NCBI GenBank assembly: GCA_963811105.1
Contig: CAWEPZ010000011.1
Coordinates: 1,344,001-1,408,000 of the forward strand
Origin: Candidatus Bathyarchaeota archaeon
Lineage (GTDB): Archaea; Thermoproteota; Bathyarchaeia; Bathyarchaeales; Bathycorpusculaceae
Length of the DNA: 64,000 bases
Direction: 5' to 3'
Positions 47,488 to 57,176 of the stretch are shown one piece after another (the first letter of the stretch is position 1; each line of letters opens with the position of its first letter). The position numbers were made by a program, and so were the translations under genes. Below the pieces are notes generated by a model that saw nothing but the letters and a program-made list of their open reading frames with translations, had not been told where the DNA came from and searched no databases.

Positions 47488-48243
47488 ATGTTTAAGCTTA
47501 AAGTGTCTGACGCTAAACTCCTAAGAGACATGGCGACAGCCATATCAATCCTAGTTGACGAAGCCACATTCAAAATTGACTCTGAAGGCTTGAAACTACG
47601 AGCTATGGATCCATCACGTGTTGCCATGATCGATTTTGAATGGCCCAAAACCATTTTCCAAGAATACATATCCACAGAGCCAACAAAAATGTGCATAAAC
47701 ATCAGCGAACTGCTTAAACTCCTCAAACGTGCAGGCAGAGATGAGGCAGTCGAGCTATCACTCGATGACAAAACTGGGCGATTACAAGTAGCGATTACTG
47801 GAAAATACAGCCGAAACTTCACTATGCCAACTCTCGAAGCCTCAGAAGAAGAAGTTCCAACTCCAAAAATAACCTTCAACGTAAAAGCCAAAACCACAAC
47901 CCAAGGCCTAAGTCAAGCAATAGAAGATGCCCAACTAGTAAGCGATCATGTGCGAATTGAAGCGGAACCAGAAAAATTAACCCTCACTGCCTCAGGCGAT
48001 TTGATGGGTGCAACCATAACTCTGCAGAAAGGCAGCGATGCATTGCTTGACTTGGAAGTTAAAGAAAACGCTAAAGCAACATTTAGCTTAAGCTACCTCT
48101 CAGAAATCATAAAAGCGGCATCAGCAACATCAGACATTGCCACTCTTGAATTCTCAAGCGACATGCCCGTGAAAATAGACTTCCAACAGACAAAAGAGGG
48201 AAAGCTAACCTTCTTCCTGGCGCCAAGAATCGAAACAGAATAA
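47488..48243 (+). CDS. pcn: Sliding clamp PCNA
   Basis: LVDEATF, RAMDPSRVAM, FSLSYL and FFLAPRIE. Confidence 0.95.
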   Translation: MFKLKVSDAKLLRDMATAISILVDEATFKIDSEGLKLRAMDPSRVAMIDFEWPKTIFQEYISTEPTKMCINISELLKLLKRAGRDEAVELSLDDKTGRLQVAITGKYSRNFTMPTLEASEEEVPTPKITFNVKAKTTTQGLSQAIEDAQLVSDHVRIEAEPEKLTLTASGDLMGATITLQKGSDALLDLEVKENAKATFSLSYLSEIIKAASATSDIATLEFSSDMPVKIDFQQTKEGKLTFFLAPRIETE

Positions 48244-48244
48244 C

Positions 48245-49303
48245 GTGGCTAAATTGCAAATGGAATCGGCGGGATTCACGAACAACGATTTGGCGAAATA
48301 CCCCTTTTTAAAAGAAACCGCCGAATACATTAAGCCCTTAGACCTGCAAATAGACGATTTAACCACCATTGGCATGGATCAAATTCTAAAACGTGCCGAA
48401 GAAAGGGTTAACGAAGCAATAATAAACAGAGCCATCACTCGAAACATGAAAAATCCAGGTATTGAAATACCGTCTTTTCCTTATGCACTACTTATTGTGA
48501 TAGCCACTGAAAATTCTTTTATCAAGAAAAGGTACGCTTTAGCTGAAGCCAAACAAGCTTCCCGAGATTTAAATGATGAATCGGAGGAAAAAATCTTAAA
48601 AATAGCCAGAGATTTTGATTGGAAAATTAAGCTAACGGGTAGGGAAAGATGTGATTCACCTTTAGAGTTTACCATTAGCTTTAGCGATTATTTAAGGAAC
48701 GCATCCCATTTGCATGATAAGAAATGGAAACTAACAAATAGTATCCTGTCCCACGGCAGCATTTACTTAAACAAGAAAGATGTCGCTCGATTGTTGGAAG
48801 AGGAAATTCGCAGGCGAGTGGAAAAAAGACTTGACGTAAAGCTGCCAAAATATCCTCTCGAACTTTCTGCCATTGCTGGAAGAGTGAAAACGCTTGCTTC
48901 TGAAATAATTGGGCAAATGGAAAATGAGAAAATGCCAAAAGTCATCGTTCAAACGGCTTTTCCACCATGCATAAACGCGCTTTACGAAGCAGCATCAACC
49001 AGTCACCAACTTTCTCACATTGGACGCTTCACTTTAACATCTTTTCTAGTCAATATTGGAATGACAGCAGAAAACCTAAATGACCTGTTCAAAACTTTCT
49101 CAGATTATAATGAAAGATTAACCCGATACCAAATCGAACATATAGCTGGTGAACGAGGTTCTGGAACACACTACATTCCTCCTCAATGTTCAGTCTTGCA
49201 AACACATGGAGTATGCAAGAACAGAGACGATTTATGCCGACGAATCTATCATCCACTTGGATATTATAAACGCAAACAAAAGCTTGCTCAAAGACAAACA
49301 TGA
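48245..49303 (+). CDS. priL: DNA primase large subunit
   Basis: AKYPFL, RYALAEA, FPPCI, H.GRF, TRYQIEHIAG and Fe-S cysteines. Confidence 0.92.
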   Translation: MAKLQMESAGFTNNDLAKYPFLKETAEYIKPLDLQIDDLTTIGMDQILKRAEERVNEAIINRAITRNMKNPGIEIPSFPYALLIVIATENSFIKKRYALAEAKQASRDLNDESEEKILKIARDFDWKIKLTGRERCDSPLEFTISFSDYLRNASHLHDKKWKLTNSILSHGSIYLNKKDVARLLEEEIRRRVEKRLDVKLPKYPLELSAIAGRVKTLASEIIGQMENEKMPKVIVQTAFPPCINALYEAASTSHQLSHIGRFTLTSFLVNIGMTAENLNDLFKTFSDYNERLTRYQIEHIAGERGSGTHYIPPQCSVLQTHGVCKNRDDLCRRIYHPLGYYKRKQKLAQRQT

Positions 49304-49355
49304 TATTTGCCTAAGATTTATTAATTCACTGTGGTGTAAACTAAGCGAGAGTCCT

Positions 49356-50099
49356 ATGAATTACCACCTAATAGGAAGAGAATTGGGTGCTTCGGAAGTT
49401 GGGATTTTGCTTCCTACATATCGGGAAGCAGATAACATTTCAAAACTAATTGACGATATTGAGAACCTAAAATTAAACGCTTCAATTCTGGTTATTGACG
49501 ATTCAAGCCCAGACAAGACTGCGGAAATCGTACAAGAGAAACAAAACAAATACAACAACATCCTTCTTTGCATTAGACCTGGGAAAAGCGGTTTAGGCAC
49601 AGCCATAACAGATGGCTTCAAGTTTTTCTTGTCCCAAAAAAAACCTCCAAAATACATTATCACTATGGACGCAGATTACTCACATAACCCCCAAGAAATT
49701 CCACAGCTTCTATCGCGCATGAACGAGGGTGAATGTGCAATAGTAATCGGCAGCAGATACGTCAAAGGTGGCAAAATACAGGGTTGGCCTTTCACTAGAA
49801 AAATAATCAGCAGAACCGCCAACTCCATAGCTAAACTCTCGCTTGGCTTAAAGCTTAAAGACTGCACAAGCGGATTTCGCTGCTACTCAACAAAGTTTCT
49901 AAAAGCCACCATCAACAACCTTCACAGTCACACTTATGAAATTCAAATCGAAACAATAAGGCAAGCATCTTTAAGAAGTTTTATCGTAAAAGAAACCCCA
50001 GTATTTTTTGTCAACAGGAAACAAGGAAAATCCAAGCTCACAAGAACTGAAATCCGAAGTTTCATAACCTATACTTTAAAGGCAATCACGCGATCATGA
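49356..50099 (+). CDS. GT2 polyprenol-phosphate mannose synthase-like glycosyltransferase
   Basis: LPTYRE, IDDSSPDKT, GLGTA, MDADYSH.P, GSRY and DCTSGFR. The ORF track extension to 49149 overlaps priL and is probably not used. Confidence 0.88.
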   Translation: MNYHLIGRELGASEVGILLPTYREADNISKLIDDIENLKLNASILVIDDSSPDKTAEIVQEKQNKYNNILLCIRPGKSGLGTAITDGFKFFLSQKKPPKYIITMDADYSHNPQEIPQLLSRMNEGECAIVIGSRYVKGGKIQGWPFTRKIISRTANSIAKLSLGLKLKDCTSGFRCYSTKFLKATINNLHSHTYEIQIETIRQASLRSFIVKETPVFFVNRKQGKSKLTRTEIRSFITYTLKAITRS

Positions 50100-50183
50100 T
50101 CCTTAGTTTTTCAAGCATTTCCGATCTATTTCCATAGACAATTAAATACCTCTTGCTCTATTTTTCGGTAGGACGATCCATAT

Positions 50184-51864
50184 TTGATAAAACGACTTGG
50201 CGCAACTAAAATTGTTCTCTCTGCAGCTATTCTAGTCTTGATACTAAGCGTAGTTCTTGCTGTTGTTAGTATTTTTCCGCGTATACACGGGTGAAGAACA
50301 ATCGCATATTTTGATTAACGTAACTTTCAATCTAAGCCCAAACGAAACATACCGACAAGGCTTAGGCTCTTTTCATGGCGGAGAAAACATTTCAGTTCTA
50401 GTCCAAAGTCCAAAGGCTTTTGTCAAGAATTTTTCAATCATTACCTATAATGGATCACACTTTAATGTTTCTTCTGAATCTGATGTTGGGTACTTGTTTA
50501 CTGCAGGTGCAGATTATTATGATGCAGTATTTTTCTCTGATTCTTCTAGCCCCGGCATAATTCATTTTCAAGCTTCCGTACAAAAACCAGCAGTTCTCTT
50601 CCCTTATTCATGGCTCACTGAACCAGTAAAAATCATGTTTCTGCTAAGTTTAGTAGCTGTCATGGTTGTGACGTTAAAACTAGTTCTCATTAACTTCTCC
50701 AACTTCAAACCAAAAACGCCTGCTATCCCTTCTTTCGGCAACAGCAGCTGGCGATACGTCGTGGCCTTAATTATCATCTCGCTCGTGATTTGGTTTATCC
50801 TTCTTGCGGTAAGTGTAAGTCCACTTGCAACATTTGAAAATTGGTACACTGATCATGCCAGGCACACTTATACGTCTAGCTTATTCATTAAAGACGGTTT
50901 TTCAGTTTTTAGTCAACCTTTAGGCAAACTAGCAGATTTTGACAATTCAACCTACAAGTTTGTGACATGGCCCGAAATGCCCCATCTATACCCTCTTGGA
51001 AGCATTTTCCTGTTTTTACCTTTTGGCGTTCTCGTCCAGAACGGCTTTGACCCATCTTTGACTTACAAAATTGAGATAGCTCTGTTTTTGGTATTCGCTC
51101 ACATTTGCATTTATTTTTTCCTTAAGAGTTTCTTGAAAAAAGATTTAATGGGGCTTCTGAAAGCCGGAGGCGTTTACATTATCTATGTTTCTTTGGTGAT
51201 ATATGCAGCTGATGGCATGTTTGATTCGGTTGCCTTCGTTTTTTCTCTATTCGCTTTGACCATGTTTTTGACGGAGCGTTATGACTACTTCTTTTTGTTA
51301 GTTGTGCTTTCCATATTTTTCAAATACCAAGCAGGCATTTTCCTTCTACCCCTAATTGTAGTTGGTTTAATCAAGCTTTTCGAGAAAAACAAGTTAAATG
51401 GTTTACTGAGAAATAAAGCAGTGCTAGTTGGCTGTGCATTGGGAGGTACTAGTATTTTTACCGCTTATTTGAGTGCCCCTTACTTGTTGGCGGCTGGACC
51501 CCAACTAATTATGAATGGTATCAACGCTTTTTCATCTAACACGCAAATTGCTTGGCCACTGCAGACTTTTTCCATTTTGTTAACACTTGTGGTGACCCTC
51601 GTTTACGCTCTTTATATGCTTAACAAAAATAGTTTGCTTTCTTTGTCGGCGTTTTTCCTGCTACTGCCAAGCTTTGTGTTGCCTTACTTTCAAAATTGGT
51701 ACTTGCCCTTCGTTTTCATCTATGCTCTGATTCCTCAGCGCAAAAAAGAGTTAGAGGTAACTATAGTATGGTTAATTTTTATGATTTTTGTGCTCTCTTT
51801 TGGTGGAGTTTCATTTAATCCACTGCAAATTTTTGGAGCCTTGAAGACTTTGGTCAATCTTTAG
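50184..51864 (+). CDS. Multi-pass membrane protein, putative GT-C glycosyltransferase (apparent 5' frameshift)
   Basis: Extracellular domain, then WYTDH loop, HLYPLG, GMFD, KYQ and ~10 TMs. A signal-like peptide starts at TTG 50184 in a different frame from the main ORF (50257-51864). Confidence 0.6.
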
Positions 51865-51929
51865 GACACAACATAGTTTTATAATTAGTCGGCTAAAGTT
51901 AAATTTAAGAAGAATAATCGTATAACGGG

Positions 51930-53168
51930 GTGTTAAAGAGATTGGAGGCTTCTCGAGACTTTGTTTACCAAAAATTCAGCGAATATTATCGAGATTCTTC
52001 AACCATTATTCCTGAACCAATTTCGCCTGGCCAAAGAGAATTCGCATATTTACTTTTTAAAGAGCGATTTATGGTTAGACATAAAAGGTTTGATGGAATT
52101 AGCAATCTGAAATTAGTACTAAAAGACACTGTTATGTCAGATGTTTATCACTCGTGCGCTTACTATGAAAACCCAGATTTTGACATGGACAAAAAAGGTT
52201 GGTTGGGAGCCGACTTAGTCTTCGACATAGACGCCGACCACATTCCCACATCTTGCGATAAAATCCATGATGAATTCACCTGCGTCAAATGCGGTTTTAG
52301 CGGAAGGGGAATAACTCCCGAAGTTTGTCCAGCGTGTGAAGCGACGAAATTTGAAACCAAAACCTGGCCCTGTGAGCTTTGCATAAAATCTGCCCGTGAC
52401 GAGACTGCCAAACTCATTGATATGCTGGATAATGATTTTGGTTTTTCTTTAGATGAGCTGCATGTGTTTTTTTCTGGGCACCGCGGGTACCACGTCCATG
52501 TCGAAGATGAAGCTGTGCGATCTCTAGATGCGATGGCAAGGAAAGAGATCGTTGATTATATAATTGGGCTTGGAATAAAATTATTTGAAAAAAAGCCAAA
52601 AAAAATAACCGCAAATACCAAGTTTCGATTGCATAATTTTGGATGGAACAGACGTTTGAAAATGGGTATGAAGACATTTCTTTCGAGTGCCAGACGAGAC
52701 GACTTTATAAGAATAGGGTTTAAGGACAAGAAGAAACTAGACCTTATGGTGGAAAAAAAGAATACCCTAATAGATCGGTGTTTCGACGAGGGCTATTGGT
52801 ATGGTTTTTTCGGTGTTGGTGACGGGACATGGCTGAAGATAGCTGAATACATAAAGGACCAGGAGTCCGCTAAGATCGATACGGTTGTAACTACCGATAT
52901 CCACCGTTTAATCAGAATGAACGGCACCTTGCATGGCAAAACAGGCTTGAAAAAAGTTGAGTTTCCAGCGAAGAATCTGGAGGATTTTGATCCATTTTCT
53001 GGAGCAGTAGCTTTTAAAAAGGGTGCGGTGAAAGTGTTGGTCTCTGATGCGCCAGAATTTAAGTTGGGTGGAGAAACATTGGGTCCATATAGAAATGAAA
53101 CAAAAGAGTTGCCTGTTGCTGCAGCAGTTATGCTTATTTGCAAAGGAAGAGCCAAGGTGGCAAACTAG
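51930..53168 (+). CDS. priS: DNA primase small subunit with zinc-ribbon insert
   Basis: REFAY, DLVFDIDADH, CVKCG...CPAC insert, FSGHRGYHVH and IDTVVTTDIHRLIR. Confidence 0.94.
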   Translation: MLKRLEASRDFVYQKFSEYYRDSSTIIPEPISPGQREFAYLLFKERFMVRHKRFDGISNLKLVLKDTVMSDVYHSCAYYENPDFDMDKKGWLGADLVFDIDADHIPTSCDKIHDEFTCVKCGFSGRGITPEVCPACEATKFETKTWPCELCIKSARDETAKLIDMLDNDFGFSLDELHVFFSGHRGYHVHVEDEAVRSLDAMARKEIVDYIIGLGIKLFEKKPKKITANTKFRLHNFGWNRRLKMGMKTFLSSARRDDFIRIGFKDKKKLDLMVEKKNTLIDRCFDEGYWYGFFGVGDGTWLKIAEYIKDQESAKIDTVVTTDIHRLIRMNGTLHGKTGLKKVEFPAKNLEDFDPFSGAVAFKKGAVKVLVSDAPEFKLGGETLGPYRNETKELPVAAAVMLICKGRAKVAN

Positions 53169-53768
53169 ATGTACAATGAACTTTATGTCGCATGGAAAAG
53201 GGAAATTGAAGAATCATCGCTCGGAGGGTTACCGCCAGACTTCTACCACAAAATAGCAGATTACTTGCTTCGCATAAACGAAGATAATAAGGCACTTGAT
53301 AAAAAATCTGTCAAAGTAAACCTTCTAGACCGTGAAGCAAAAAACGTTATGCGAATGCTTGAGGAACTGCTTAGAGCAAGATACAAGAAAATAGTTAAAA
53401 CCATCACTCAAAGCCAAAAAGTTCCGTCTGAATTATTAACGGTCGAAGAAGCCAAGATGAGTGAAAGCTTTGTTGCTTTCGCGGATGCTTACCAAAGATT
53501 CACTAAAGAACTTATGGACGGCCAAATTCAAGTTCAAAGTTTAGCCGCCCCCGGGCAGGTTCAGGCAACCCCAATAATCGTTAAGGTGGTAACTGAACCA
53601 GGTCATAAACGAGTTGCTGTAAGATTTGTAAAGGCTATTCCGGCGATAATCGGCGCAGATATGAAGACTTATGGACCGTTTAAGGTTGAGGATTTAGCTT
53701 CTTTGCCTGCTGACAACGCCAAAATGCTTGTTAGACAAGGCTTAGCGGTGCAGGTTGAGGTTTCGTAG
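53169..53768 (+). CDS. GINS subunit Gins51 (Gins15)
   Basis: A-domain (LPPDFY, LLRARYKKI, LTVEE) then B-domain (IIGADMKTYGPF..EDLASLP). Directly follows priS. Confidence 0.85.
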   Translation: MYNELYVAWKREIEESSLGGLPPDFYHKIADYLLRINEDNKALDKKSVKVNLLDREAKNVMRMLEELLRARYKKIVKTITQSQKVPSELLTVEEAKMSESFVAFADAYQRFTKELMDGQIQVQSLAAPGQVQATPIIVKVVTEPGHKRVAVRFVKAIPAIIGADMKTYGPFKVEDLASLPADNAKMLVRQGLAVQVEVS

Positions 53769-54822
53769 GTTCTGTAGAAGCTAATTTTTGTGTTTTGAAT
53801 TTGCGCCATAGTGCGTGGCTTAGCATAATAATCAGCGGGTAAGATACTATCCATGCGATCGAGTAGAGAGGTCCATAATAAAAGTGGAACATTTGAACTT
53901 GGTTTGAAGTCTCACCGAATTGCAGACCGATTGTGAAGATGGTGTCTATTCTCAAGATGTTTATGAAGTAGGTGATGGCTGCGCCAATAGCGAAATATCC
54001 GATTTTTGCTCTCCAAGACATAGGCATTCGCTGCAAAAACAACAATGCAACTGCCATAAAGATTAGAAGGCTTTCAATGCCCGCGCAAGGCCATGCTATT
54101 GCAAACTTTGCGGTGCCCAGTGAGCTTGACACTTGCAAGGTTGGCATTCCGTTCTCTTTCCCAAGCAAAGTTCCATATCCCATTAAGCTCAACGTTTTGG
54201 CAGCCAGCATAGCAGTTGTAGGAACCAAAAGTTGGAAAGGAGTAAATTCACCATAGGGAAAAACATTGTCAATAGTGTATAAAACTCCAATTAGTCCAAC
54301 GAAGAGGGCGGGTAAAGCAAAACCTTTCAAACCCTTTTTCCCAAAATACAAGAAAGCAATTAAGCAAAAGAGAGCTGAGAAAACAATGTATTCGATTGCC
54401 AGCGGCATAGAACCATAAAAGCTGATTCCACTTTGCGCTGCCCAGTTTGCTATAGCACCGTTTAACCCAAAATAATTCTCCGATACTACGTACACTGTAG
54501 GAAGCACTGAGGCTATGGCAACCGCACAGAGGCTGACAGTTTTTTGATTGCTTATTTTTGCCCTGATTGTTTCCCAACTGAGAATAAACTCCAGGGCAAT
54601 TAACCAAATGAAAAATAACTGAAAAGTTCTGCCCTTCCACATCAACTGAAAAGAATCCTGGGCAGTTAAGCTAAGATATGGGTCCCACGGGTTCAGCAAA
54701 TAGAGCAACGCTAATGGAATAACGAAAGCAAACAGCGGCATTAGCTTAACTATTAATTCAAGGTGCCACTTGTTTTTTGGAACAACGTTTAACATGACTG
54801 CTTCATACCCGAGATTAATCAT
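53731..54822 (-). CDS. Archaeosortase/exosortase-family protein
   Basis: Multi-TM protein with catalytic C (IAWPCAGIES), R (INILRI) and H (MFH). Confidence 0.85.
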   Translation of the reverse strand: MINLGYEAVMLNVVPKNKWHLELIVKLMPLFAFVIPLALLYLLNPWDPYLSLTAQDSFQLMWKGRTFQLFFIWLIALEFILSWETIRAKISNQKTVSLCAVAIASVLPTVYVVSENYFGLNGAIANWAAQSGISFYGSMPLAIEYIVFSALFCLIAFLYFGKKGLKGFALPALFVGLIGVLYTIDNVFPYGEFTPFQLLVPTTAMLAAKTLSLMGYGTLLGKENGMPTLQVSSSLGTAKFAIAWPCAGIESLLIFMAVALLFLQRMPMSWRAKIGYFAIGAAITYFINILRIDTIFTIGLQFGETSNQVQMFHFYYGPLYSIAWIVSYPLIIMLSHALWRKFKTQKLASTEPTKPQPAPLSLV

Positions 54823-55000
54823 AATGAACTCGTGCTCAATCTAAAAAAGAATATGCACCAACGCCAACAATTGCCCAAAAAACACCTTGACCAACAATTA
54901 AAACTAAAGAGCCCTACCCCAATTGCCAGAAAACTCATTTTTGTGACGGATAGGTAAAAAAGTATAAGAATGCGGATGTTTCTCTAATGCAAAGCTGGTA

Positions 55001-55285
55001 GTGAATTACGTGAACGTTCCTAAAGAAGTTAAAACTTACTGCCCAAAATGCAAAGCTCATCAAATTCACAGTGTAACCCTCTACAAGCCTGGAAAGCGAA
55101 GAGCCTCAGCTCACGGTGAACGTCACCACGCGAGAGAAAAGTTGGGTTACGGTGGACAAAAATATCCTCTTCAAAGAGAATTCGCTAAAACAACCAAAAA
55201 ACAGACCCTGCGCCTGAAATGCAAAGTTTGCAATTTCATGAGGCACAAGGATGGAATTCGACTAAGAAAATTAGTTATACAGTAA
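55001..55285 (+). CDS. rpl44e: 50S ribosomal protein L44e
   Basis: TYCPKC..H, GYGGQK and KTTKK..LRLKC..C. Confidence 0.95.
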   Translation: MNYVNVPKEVKTYCPKCKAHQIHSVTLYKPGKRRASAHGERHHAREKLGYGGQKYPLQREFAKTTKKQTLRLKCKVCNFMRHKDGIRLRKLVIQ

Positions 55286-55289
55286 ATTA

Positions 55290-55502
55290 ATGGAGAAAAA
55301 AATTATGTCTGAATGGAGTAAACTTATCCCAAAACCAAGCAGCGTTTTCCTCAGAGTTAAGTGTTCAAAATGCGGAAACGAACAATTAGTCTACAGCAAC
55401 GCCGTTAACAAGATAACCTGCAACGTATGCGGAGACATATTGGCTGAGCCATCTGGCGGAAGAGCAAAAATCAAAGGCGAAGTACAAGCAGTTCTTGAAT
55501 AA
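55290..55502 (+). CDS. rps27e: 30S ribosomal protein S27e
   Basis: P.S.FLRVKC.KCGNEQ and C.VCG..LAEPSGG. Confidence 0.95.
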   Translation: MEKKIMSEWSKLIPKPSSVFLRVKCSKCGNEQLVYSNAVNKITCNVCGDILAEPSGGRAKIKGEVQAVLE

Positions 55503-55516
55503 GGGATGACACTAAA

Positions 55517-55657
55517 ATGGCTGAGCGTAAGCCCGAATCTGGCGACATGTCAATCGCCACGGGTTATAGCGCTTACGCGAAACCTGATCAATACTATAAA
55601 CACAATCTATTTTATTTTTCTGACAAAATAATTGGCGCTTTTAGAGGGGGAAAATAA
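55517..55657 (+). pseudogene. eif2a: Internally deleted remnant of translation initiation factor aIF2-alpha (46 codons, in frame)
   Basis: Translates MAERKPESGDMSIATGYSAYAKPDQYYKHNLFYFSDKIIGAFRGGK*, resembling the S1 start (PE.GD..IAT...YGAY..LDEY...GLLH.SE). Occupies the rps27e-[aIF2a]-nop10 slot. Confidence 0.8.
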
Positions 55658-55825
55658 TTGGTTTGGCAATTACGCAAATGCGTAAACTGTGAAAAATATA
55701 CGTTAAACAAAACTAGTTGTCCTTACTGCGGTGGCCCTGTCAGGACTCCGCATCCACCTAAGTTTTCCCCAGATGATAAATATCTAAAGTACCGAATGGC
55801 AATGAAGAGGAGCAATACCGAATGA
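55658..55825 (+). CDS. nop10: H/ACA RNP protein Nop10
   Basis: Not in the ORF track. TTG start, MVWQLRKCVNCEKYTLNKTSCPYCGGPVRTPHPPKFSPDDKYLKYR. Confidence 0.92.
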   Translation: MVWQLRKCVNCEKYTLNKTSCPYCGGPVRTPHPPKFSPDDKYLKYRMAMKRSNTE

Positions 55826-56592
55826 AAGAAACCTACATTAAACAATTTATGGAAATCGAACCAAACAACCCCGTTCTTATTGAAGGTCTTCCAGGTTTAG
55901 GACTTGTAGGTAAAATCGCCCTTCGCTACTTAATTAAACAGTTAAAAGCCAAAAAAGTTGCCTATCTTTACTCTCCTCACTTTCCATACTTTGTATTAGT
56001 TAACAAAAAAGGAAACGTTCGCCTGTTAAGAGGGGCGTTCTACTACTACAAAAACCCAAACGGAAACGACTTGATTCTATTTACTGGTGACAGCCAATCC
56101 CAAACAATCGAAGGACAATACGAAATCGCCGATCAAATACTTGCATTCTCAGAAAAACACAAAGTAAAAACCATTGCGACAATAGGTGGTTATCGCATGG
56201 AACCCAATGAAAAACCCAAAGTTTTCATCGCCGCAACTTCACAAGAAATCCTTGACAAAGCAATACAAGCTGGCGCAACTCTTAGCACCTCAGGAAGCCC
56301 CATTGTTGGAACAGCAGGACTAATACTTGGACTAGCAAAATTCAAAAAAATAAACGCTCTGTGTCTGCTGGGAGAAACACGCGGTTATCTGCCTGATCCT
56401 CTTGCTGCAAAAAGCGTGCTGGAAGTTTTAAAGTCAACCTTCAACTTTGACTTGGACCTCACAGGATTGAATGAGGAGATAGCTCGAGCGGAAACAATGG
56501 TAACTAAGCTGCAGCAAATTGAAGAAAAACGAGCAGTACAAGCAGAAGAAACACGAAAAGAAGAGGATAAAAAAACTACTTACATATCCTAA
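55822..56592 (+). CDS. Proteasome assembly chaperone PAC2-family protein
   Basis: EGLPGLGLVGKIA, GDSQ, TIGGY, LLGET.GY..DP.AA, plus conserved context. Confidence 0.9.
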   Translation: MKETYIKQFMEIEPNNPVLIEGLPGLGLVGKIALRYLIKQLKAKKVAYLYSPHFPYFVLVNKKGNVRLLRGAFYYYKNPNGNDLILFTGDSQSQTIEGQYEIADQILAFSEKHKVKTIATIGGYRMEPNEKPKVFIAATSQEILDKAIQAGATLSTSGSPIVGTAGLILGLAKFKKINALCLLGETRGYLPDPLAAKSVLEVLKSTFNFDLDLTGLNEEIARAETMVTKLQQIEEKRAVQAEETRKEEDKKTTYIS

Positions 56593-57157
56593 GTAAAGTT
56601 TTTCTTTAATATGTCAACAGTTTTCTGGCTTGCTGTCCCATCGCCGGACGGTGAAGAATGAGGCAACTCAACTTCATTTTTAACTGCTTCTTTCATAGTC
56701 GCCAAAATGTTTTTCTTGTCTGTTCCAACGACTTTAGCAAGTCCTGCTTATGCTGCTTCAGGTCGCTCTGTTGACAAACGCATTACCCATAGGGGTTTTC
56801 TTATGCCAGGAGCGGTCCCTTCTTCCTGAATGTCGCCTGAATCAGTAATTGTCAACGTGCATTTACTCATGAGAACCAGAAAATCCAAGTTTCCCAATGG
56901 CGGAAGAATCAACACGTTCCTTAGTGTTTGCATCTTGGCAAGCATATTATTTTCTTGAAGTCTCTTTTCTGTGCGAGGATGCATTGGGTGTTGGCAACTC
57001 AAGTTCTTCGATGAATTTCTGTGCCATGTTGTAATCGTTATGTTGACCGCAATGGACAAATCTGAATGGCATTTTGGTTTTGTATAAGGGCTCTAATTAT
57101 TGGAGCCATCTTTATTATTTCAGGTCTAGTTCCCGCAACAACTACTACTGACTTCAT
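56589..57157 (-). pseudogene. wecB: UDP-N-acetylglucosamine 2-epimerase pseudogene
   Basis: MKSVVVVAGTRPEIIKMAP, frameshift, HCGQHNDYNM, large internal deletion, PMHPRT...TDSGDIQEE...TERPEAA*, then in-frame continuation VVGTD...GDGTASQKTV. Confidence 0.85.
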
Positions 57158-57176
57158 ATGGTTTGTCTTGTTTTGT

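Noticed and set aside
49149-49355. N-terminal extension of the GT2 ORF overlapping priL
   Set aside because: Shadow reading of the priL 3' end; the GT2 fold starts after 49356.
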